Positions 56,316 to 64,000 of a stretch of DNA of 64,000 bases are shown one piece after another. Each line of letters starts with the position of its first letter. The stretch's first letter is position 1. The stretch is from an uncultured bacterium. GTDB lineage: Bacteria; Actinomycetota; Acidimicrobiia; Spongiisociales; ZC4RG35. The position numbers and the translations under genes were made by a program. The notes under the pieces are model-generated. The model did no database searches and was not told where the DNA came from. It was given only the letters and a program-made list of their open reading frames with translations. The stretch covers positions 380,565-444,564 of the forward strand of contig CAVVSY010000012.1 in NCBI GenBank assembly GCA_963751005.1. The letters are read 5' to 3'.

Positions 56316-57535
56316 ATGGGCCAACTGATCGCCGTCGCACCGGTCGTCATCGGTGACGTGGCGGTGTTCGATCTCGATCGGTCACTCACCGGACAGGACG
56401 CCAGTGTCTTCCGCGATGTGCCGAGCGGTGCGACACCACCCGAGATCCTGGCGCAGAAGCTTTGGGCGGACGACCCTGAGGTCACCTCGGTCCACGTGCT
56501 CTCGAACACCGTCACCGTGGCCCGGAACACGGGCTGGGCCGACGATCGTCTCGGGGCGACAGCCGAGATCATCGCCAATCTCTTCATTCACTATGACGCC
56601 ACACCGGACGGCGACGCCCACGAGGAACTGCGCCAGGAGTACTACAACGCCACGATCACCTCGATCCGGATCCACAACCCCGAGCTGTGGGTGATCAGGA
56701 TCGATCCCGACGAGCCGGTCGAGCCTTTCGCCGCCGGTCAGTACACGACGCTGGGTCTCGGATACTGGGAGCCGAGGGCGGACGACGCGATCGAGGACTT
56801 CTCCGACACCCCGGAGAAGGAGGACAAGCTGGCGAGACGCTCCTATTCGGTGTCGAGCTCGATGCTCGACCGACGACGGTGAACTGGTCGACCCCAACCC
56901 GCCCCAGGTCGAGTTCTACATAGTGAAGGTGCCACCCCATCTCGAGGAGATCCCGGCGCTGACACCGAGGCTGTTCAAGAAGACGGTGGGCGACCGGCTC
57001 TACATGGGTCACAAGTTCACCGGCCGCTACACGCTCGATGGGGTCGAGAGCCGACGACAGCGTGGTGTTCCTCAGCACCGGGACCGGGGAGGCGCCCCAC
57101 AACAAGATGACAGCCGAGCTGCTGCGCAACGGCCACGAGGGGCGGATCCTGTCGGTGTGCTGCGTGCGCTACCGGCGCGATCTCGCCTACGAGGCCCAGC
57201 ATGCCGAGGTGGAAGCCAGATATCCCACCTATCGATACGTCGCCCTCACCACCCGCGAGCCGGAGAACGAGGGACAGAAGGTGTACATCCAGGACTATCT
57301 CGTCTCGGGTCGGCTGGAATCGGACCTCGAGGCGACACTCGACCCTGCCCGGACCCACGTCTTCCTGTGCGGCAATCCCCTGATGATCGGACTCCCCACC
57401 TGGGACGAGGGGGGAGACCCCCAGTTCCCGGAGACGCTCGGGGTCTGTCAGCTCCTCCACGAACGGGGTTTCACGATCGACCACGGCCGCGAACGCGGGA
57501 ACGTCCACTACGAGGAGTATTGGAAAGAGCGCTAG
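56316..57535 (+). CDS. ferredoxin-NADP+ reductase with N-terminal extra domain (frameshifted)
   Basis: GQYTTLG, RRSYS, TGTGEAP, CGNPLMI, C-terminal EEYW. Confidence 0.82.
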
Positions 57536-57538
57536 CGC

Positions 57539-59808
57539 TCAGCCGCGTCGCTGGGCGTCGGCGACGGCGATGGCGGTCATGTTGACCACGTCGGACACCG
57601 AGGCATCGCGCTGCAGGACATGCACTGCCTTGGAGAGCCCGCTGAGGATCGGCCCGATGACCTCGGCGCCACCGAGCTGGTTGAGCAGCTTGTAGGCGGC
57701 ATTGGCGGCGGTGAGGTTGGGGAAGACCAAGACGTTGGCGGCCTTTCCGAGCGATCCGTCCGGGCTCCGGGACGCCATCAACTCGGCGGCCACCGCCGAG
57801 TCGGCCTGCATCTCACCATCGACCAGGATGTCGGGCCGGAGCAGACGGAGGATCTCCACGGCCTTGCGCACCCGCGCCGGCTCCTCGCCACCGGCCGACC
57901 CGAAGTCGGAGTAGCTGATGAAGGCGACCCGCGGCTTCTGGTCGAACTGCTCCTGCGGCGGTAGTGGCCGCGGCGAGTGCGATCTCGGCGAGCTGTTCGG
58001 CAGCTGGGCTCGATGTTCACCGCGCAGTCGGTGAAGAAGTAGGGGCGCCCTCCGACCACCACGATGTAGACCGAGGAGACGATCGACCGGCCCTCCTCGA
58101 CCTTGAGCACCTGGAGGGCGGGACGGATGGTCTCCGGGTAGAAGGTCGTGAGACCCCCGAGCACGGCGTCTGCGGCTCCCTCACGGACCATGAGACAGGC
58201 GTACATGTTGGGATCGCGAACCGAGCGCTCGCGCCTCGAGCATCGACATCCCCCGATCACGACGAAGCTCCTCGAGGACCGAGGCGTATCGCCTCTGCTC
58301 CGAGTCGGGACCGTCGGGGTCGACGACATCCATGCCGTCCAGCGAGATCCCGGCATTGGCCGCCGCCAGCTCGATCTTGTCGGCCGGGCCGAGCAGCACC
58401 GGACGGGCCGATGCCCTCGTCCTTGACTCGGCGGGCCGCCCGGATGATGCGGAGGTCGTCGGCATGGGGGTAGACCACCTTCTTCGGCTGCTCCATCGCC
58501 TTGGTGGTCACGGCGTTGATGAGCCCGTGGGAAGCGCTGAAACGTGCCTGCAACGCCGACCGGTACTCGTCGAAGTCCTCGATCGGCGCTCCCGCCAGCC
58601 CCTCTTCCACCGCGGCCCGGGCCACCGCCGGAGCGACTGTCCACAGGACTCGAGGATCGAAGGGCTTGGGGATCAGGTAGTCGGGCCCGAAGGCAAGATG
58701 CTCCAGGTCATAGGCCCGGAGCACCGAGTCCGGGACGGGCTCCCGGGCCAGTTGTGCCAGTGCATTGGCCGCCGCGATCTTCATCCCCTCGGAAACGCCC
58801 GCGGCCCGCACATCGAGGGCGCCCCGAAAGATGAACGGGAATCCGAGGACGTTGTTGACCTGGTTCGGGTAGTCGGAGCGCCCCGTGGCCATGATCACGT
58901 CGTCGCGGGCCGCCTTGGCATCGGCATAGCTGATCTCGGGGTCGGGGTTGGCGAGAGCGAACACGATCGGCTGATCGGCCATCGACTGCACCATCTCCTT
59001 GGTGACGATCCCGGCGACGGCGACGCCGATGAAGGCGTCGGCCCCGACCAGAGCGTCGGCCAGGGTGCGGGCGTCGGTCTCGACGGCGAACTCACGCTTG
59101 ATGTCGTTGAGATCGTCGCGACCGCTGTGCACCACCCCGATGGTGTCGGTCATCAGGACGTTGGCCGGGTCGACGCCCAGCTCGATGAAGAAGCGGGCAC
59201 AGGCGACACCGGCGGCACCCGCCCCGCGACCACGACCTTGGTCTTGGTTATGTCCCGCCCGGTGATCTCGAGCGGCATTGATGAAGGCGGCTCCACCGAT
59301 GATCGCCGTGCCGTGCTGGTCGTCGTGGAAGACCGGGATGTCGAGCCGCTCGCGCAGGGTCGGACTCGATGTAGAAGCACTCCGGGGCCTTGATGTCCTC
59401 CAGGTTGATCCCCCCGACGGTCGGGGCGAGCAGCTCACAGAAGCGGATGACGTCGTCGGGGTCGGGAGCGTCGATCTCGAGGTCGAAGACGTCGATATCG
59501 GCGAATCGCTTGAAGAGGACCGCTTTGCCCTCCATCACCGGCTTGCTCGCCAGGGGCCCGATGTTCCCCAGACCAAGCACGGCGGTGCCATTGGAGACGA
59601 CGGCGACGAGGTTGCCGCGATTGGTGAATCGGAACGCGGCATCGGGGTCCCCGGCGATGACTCGACAGGGCTCGGCCACGCCGGGGGTGTACGCCAGGCT
59701 GAGGTCGGACTGGGTGGCGGTCGGTTTGGTCGCCCGAATCTCGACCTTTCCCGGACGTGGCTTCTCGTGGTAATCGAGCGCTTCTGAGAACTTCGGTTGC
59801 GCGGCCAT
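57539..59808 (-). CDS. maeB: NADP-dependent malic enzyme with PTA-like domain (frameshifted)
   Basis: [43 protein letters not shown]. Confidence 0.95.
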
Positions 59809-59918
59809 GGGGAGACCTTATCGGCGCTTCGCGGGCACGCGTCCGCCTCGGCCCCGATCGGGGCACGGGAAAGCGACCCACGGTTTCCGTTCTGGACGGT
59901 TCCTGCGAGAATCGGGGA

Positions 59919-60227
59919 GTGATCGAAACCGAGATTCCCGTCCTGTCGGACAACGGGTACAACGTGATGGGTGGGTGGCGGGTCGGCTCGGCTCCTGAGG
60001 ACACCACCACTCGCTCCGGCCTGCTCGTGCCGGTAGGCACCAAGGACGGCAACGACGCACTGGCACTCGTCGACGTGCAGACGGGGCAGCGATTCTGGGC
60101 TGTCCCCACCGGGGCGTGGCGGTTCATCTGGCCGCCGTCCGGCAAACCGGTCATCGCGGTGCGCGAATCGCAGATCATCGCCGAGGAAGAGCTCGAACAC
60201 GTCGGCGACGAGGGCCAGTACCTCTGA
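59919..60227 (+). CDS. hypothetical protein (~102 aa)
   Basis: Open GC3-biased frame, Trp-rich, predicted beta strands. Confidence 0.6.
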   Translation: MIETEIPVLSDNGYNVMGGWRVGSAPEDTTTRSGLLVPVGTKDGNDALALVDVQTGQRFWAVPTGAWRFIWPPSGKPVIAVRESQIIAEEELEHVGDEGQYL

Positions 60228-60300
60228 GCCTGCCGATTAATCCACCGCAGCCACGAGGCCGAGAGTCCATCATGACTCGTCCCCAACCCGCCACCTCGTC

Positions 60301-61618
60301 ATGACCTCTGAACATCGCTCCCGCTCCGGCAGACGTCTCACTGCCACCGTCACCGACCTCGAAGTCGCGGTCCAGCGAGCCTTCCTGATCGGAGTCCAGC
60401 TTCCCGGGACCACCACGGCGGTCGAGGAGCGCTCGCTCGAAGAGCTGGCCCTCCTCACCGACACGGCCGGCGCCGAGGTGGTCGACCAGGAAGTGGTCAA
60501 ACGCGACCAGATCGACCCGGCGACCTTCATCGGATCGGGCAAGGCCGAGGAGCTGGCCACCCTGACCACGGCGATGGACATCGACGTGGTCGTGTTCGAC
60601 CAGTCACTGAGCCCCGCCCAGCAGCGCAACCTCCAGAAGGTCTTCCACGTCGACGTCGTCGACCGGGAGGCCTTGATCCTCGACATCTTCGCCCAGCACG
60701 CCACCTCGAAGGTCGGCGCCATCCAGGTCGAGCTCGCTTTGCTCCGCTACAACCTCCCCCGTCTCCGGGGAAAGGAATCCGCCCTCGCCCAGCAGCGCGC
60801 CGGGGTGGGCACCACGATGAGAGGGCCCGGCGAGACCAAGCTGGAGACCGATCGGCGCCGGGTCCTGGCCCGGATCTCCAAGCTGGAGCGTCAACTCAAG
60901 GAGTCTGCCGGGCACAGGGAGACCCAGAGGAAGCAGAGGAGACGCACCCAGATCCCGCAGGTGGCGATCGTCGGTTACACCAACGCCGGCAAGTCGACTC
61001 TGCTCAACGCCCTGACCGACGCCGACGCCCTAGTCGAGGACCAGCTGTTCGCCACTCTCGACTCGACGGTGCGCCGGCTCGAGCTCCCGGACAGCCGGCC
61101 GGTCGTCATCGCCGACACTGTCGGGTTCGTCCGACGATTGCCCCACCACCTCGTCGAGGCCTTCCGCTCCACCCTGGCCGAGACCGACCGAGTCCGACCT
61201 GCTGCTGCATCTGGTGGACGGGACCGACGAGGACCCGGCCGGTCAGATCGCCGCCGTCACCGAGGTCCTCGAGGAGATCGACGCCGCCGCGATCCCCCAG
61301 CTCCTCGTGATCAACAAGATCGATGCGCTCGATGCGGTGGAGCTGCGGCGTCTGGAGAACCTGTGGCCCGACGCCGTGATGATCTCGGCTCGTGAGGGCA
61401 TCGGGCTCGACCGTCTCGAGACTGCCATCGGTGAGACGCTGTCACGGTCGCTCATCACCCTTTCGCTGGCTATTCCCTACGACCGTGGCGACATCGTCGC
61501 CGCCGCCCACCGGTTGGGTGAAGTCATCGAGGAGAAACACGACGAGCAGGGGACCATCCTCGACGTGAGGGTGCCGGAACCGGCTGCCGCCCAGTTCAGG
61601 CCGTTTGTGACGAGCTAG
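60301..61618 (+). CDS. hflX: GTPase HflX (frameshift near 61190)
   Basis: [35 protein letters not shown]. Confidence 0.95.
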
Positions 61619-62348
61619 CCACCAGGGCTGCTCCCACCAGACCGGCGCTGTTCCCCATCACCGCGGGGACGACCGGCAAGGAGTTGTCCAGCGTGTGTCG
61701 CCACAGCTCCCAATGTTTCACCAACCCGCCGCCGATCACCATGAGATCCGGGCTGAACACCATCGCGACGTGCAACAGATAGCGGTTGGCCCGGTCGCCC
61801 CACTCGTCCCATTCGAGGTCCTCGTTGCGTCGCGCCTTGGCCGAGAAGTAGCGCTCGGCCGGGACGTGGCCCTCGAGCTCGAGCTGTCCCAGCTCGAGGT
61901 TGGGCACGAGGACTCCATCGACGAGCAGCCCGGAGCCGATACCGGTCCCGAAGGTGATGGTCAGGACCATTCCCGGCACTCCCTGGGCGGCCCCATACCT
62001 GGCCTCGGCCAATGCGGCAGCATCGGCATCGTTCACCACGGCGATCTCCCGGTCGATCGTCCCACCGACCAACTCCCCGATCCGAGTGCCGATACAGGTG
62101 GCATCGATGTTGTTGGCGGTCTCCACGGTGCCGTTCCGGATCACGGCGGGAAACCCCATGCCGACCGGCCCGTGATAGTCGAAGTCGGCGACGAGGTCCT
62201 TGATGGTGCCGGCGATCGCATGCGGCGTCGCCGGTTGTGGAGTGTCGACACGCTCCCTCTCGCTGAGCAACGAGCCGTCGTCGAGGTCGACGAGGGCGGC
62301 CTTGATGCCCGAGCCTCCGACGTCGATGCCCAGATAGATGTTGCTCAC
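61596..62348 (-). CDS. ppgK: ROK-family polyphosphate glucokinase
   Basis: [35 protein letters not shown]. Confidence 0.88.
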   Translation of the reverse strand: MSNIYLGIDVGGSGIKAALVDLDDGSLLSERERVDTPQPATPHAIAGTIKDLVADFDYHGPVGMGFPAVIRNGTVETANNIDATCIGTRIGELVGGTIDREIAVVNDADAAALAEARYGAAQGVPGMVLTITFGTGIGSGLLVDGVLVPNLELGQLELEGHVPAERYFSAKARRNEDLEWDEWGDRANRYLLHVAMVFSPDLMVIGGGLVKHWELWRHTLDNSLPVVPAVMGNSAGLVGAALVASSSQTA

Positions 62349-62396
62349 GGGGGCTGAAGGCTAAGCGCTCGGATCGAGTAGTAATAGCCTCGCCTC

Positions 62397-63806
62397 GTGA
62401 GCAATCAATCCGACATCGCTGTGGTGGGCCTGGCCGTGATGGGCGCCAACCTCGCCCTCAACCTCGCCGACTCGGGGAATCGGGTCACGGTGTACAACCG
62501 CACCACCTCAGTCACCGACGAGTTCATGACCGGCGAGGCCGGCGAGAAGGACATGGTCCCGGCGCACACCCTCGAGGAGATGGTCGCCTCTCTGGCCTCA
62601 CCCCGGGTGATCTTGCTGATGGTCAAGGCCGGGCCGCCCGTCGACGCGGTGCTCGACGATCTGGTCCCTCTCCTCGATCCCGGCGACGTCGTCATCGACG
62701 GTGGCAACTCCCTGTACACCGACACCGCTCGTCGCTACCAGAACTTGAAGCAGGCCGGGATCCGCTTCGTCGGCGCCGGGGTCTCCGGTGGGGAGGAAGG
62801 AGCGCGCCACGGCCCGTCGATCATGCCGGGCGGGGACCCGGAGGCATGGCCCGTGGTGCGGGAGATCCTCCAGGGGATCGCGGCGAAGGCACCCGACGGC
62901 GCACCGTGCTGTGAATGGATCGGCGAGGGCGGTGCCGGTCACTTCGTCAAGATGGTCCACAACGGCATCGAGTACGGCGACATGCAGGTCATCGCCGAGG
63001 CCTACGACCTGATGCGACGTGGTCTGGGGATGGCACCGGCGGAGATCGGCGAGGTGTTCGCCCGGTGGGACCAGGGCCGGCTCCGCTCCTATCTGGTGGA
63101 GATCACGGCCGACATCCTGAGCGCCACCGAGAACGGCAAACCGATGATCGACGGCATCCTCGACGCCGCCGGTCAGAAAGGCACCGGTAAGTGGACCGTG
63201 GTTGCCTCGATGGAGGCCGGTGAGCCCACGACTCTCGTGGCCGAGGCCGTCTACGCCCGGATCGTCAGCTCGGACCCTGACCGGCGTCGACGGGCCGCCG
63301 GGGTGTTCGACACACCGGTCGGTGACCTCACCGGGGTAACAGAGAGTGATATCGAAGCAGCCCTCTATGCCTCGAAGATCATCTCGTACGCCCAGGGCTT
63401 CCGTCTCATGAAGACGGCGTCGGACGAGAACGGGTGGGATCTCGACATGGGGGGCCTCGCCTCGATCTGGCGGGCGGGGTGCATCATCCGCGCCGTCTTC
63501 CTCGAAGACATCACGGCCGCCTATGAGGCCAAACCGGACCTGCCCGACCTCACCGAGGCCGCCTTCTTCGCATCGGCCTTGACGGATGCCGAGCCGGCGT
63601 GGCGCAAGGTGGTCGCCGCAGCTGCCCTGGCGGGGATCCCGTCACCTGCGTACTCGAGTGCCCTGGCCTATTTCGACGGGATGCGCTCATATCGGCTCCC
63701 CGCCGATCTCATCCAGGCGCAACGGGACTACTTCGGCGCCCACACCTTCGAGCGCGTCGACCGGCCGCGCGGCGAGTTCTTCCACCACGATTGGATACCG
63801 GGTTGA
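62397..63806 (+). CDS. gnd: 6-phosphogluconate dehydrogenase (decarboxylating)
   Basis: GLAVMG, VSGGEEGA, KMVHNGIEY, QKGTGKW, QRDYFGAH. Confidence 0.97.
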   Translation: MSNQSDIAVVGLAVMGANLALNLADSGNRVTVYNRTTSVTDEFMTGEAGEKDMVPAHTLEEMVASLASPRVILLMVKAGPPVDAVLDDLVPLLDPGDVVIDGGNSLYTDTARRYQNLKQAGIRFVGAGVSGGEEGARHGPSIMPGGDPEAWPVVREILQGIAAKAPDGAPCCEWIGEGGAGHFVKMVHNGIEYGDMQVIAEAYDLMRRGLGMAPAEIGEVFARWDQGRLRSYLVEITADILSATENGKPMIDGILDAAGQKGTGKWTVVASMEAGEPTTLVAEAVYARIVSSDPDRRRRAAGVFDTPVGDLTGVTESDIEAALYASKIISYAQGFRLMKTASDENGWDLDMGGLASIWRAGCIIRAVFLEDITAAYEAKPDLPDLTEAAFFASALTDAEPAWRKVVAAAALAGIPSPAYSSALAYFDGMRSYRLPADLIQAQRDYFGAHTFERVDRPRGEFFHHDWIPG

Positions 63807-63814
63807 CCCTCACC

Positions 63815-64000
63815 GTGAGCGAGGCCGACATCCAGACCATGAGCGATGACGAGCTCATCCCGCTCCTGCACATGATGAACCGCCTCGATCGGGAGTCATA
63901 TCCCCGTCATACCGACATGACGATCGAAGACATGCGCATGTTCGACCACAGCCCCGGCATAGCCCAGCAACGTCTGTTGATCCACGACGGAGCCGACCTC
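63815..64000 (+). CDS. N-terminal part of a protein running off the window (possibly GNAT-like)
   Basis: Open frame MSEADIQTMSDDELIPLL... to window end; family assignment is a guess. Confidence 0.45.
   Translation, partial: MSEADIQTMSDDELIPLLHMMNRLDRESYPRHTDMTIEDMRMFDHSPGIAQQRLLIHDGADL

Overview
GC-rich actinobacterial chromosome segment. Gene content and promoter style suggest Acidimicrobiia (inference). About 70 housekeeping/metabolic genes: ABC exporter pair, cobalamin riboswitch + btuFCD-like-cobO, HtrA + two-component system, sufB, ino1, arfB, menEBA, ppdK, murA, gltX, ilvE, cofC, RNase H, hppA, soxR, maeB, hflX, ppgK, gnd, plus tRNA-Glu(TTC) and tRNA-Sec(TCA). Roughly half the genes, including normally essential ones, carry single-base frameshifts. 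These are most simply read as uncorrected long-read indels, so boundaries of joined genes are approximate. No intact mobile element or CRISPR array was seen. Top candidate for a new system: a 30-codon gene absent from the ORF track (33013-33105, minus), consisting of a Sec signal peptide plus the hexapeptide STSEMS. It lies between a ~1,280-aa wHTH-BTAD-ATPase-TPR-HTH regulator and an orphan soluble histidine kinase, an arrangement resembling RRNPP receptor/propeptide peptide-signalling cassettes. Also notable: a ~230-nt structured RNA candidate with 15-nt anti-SD complementarity and a mini-ORF, three 46-48 bp near-loopless palindromes and a dispersed REP-like family, a SoxR box with a 19-bp-spacer promoter facing an MBL hydrolase, and widespread leaderless-gene architecture.
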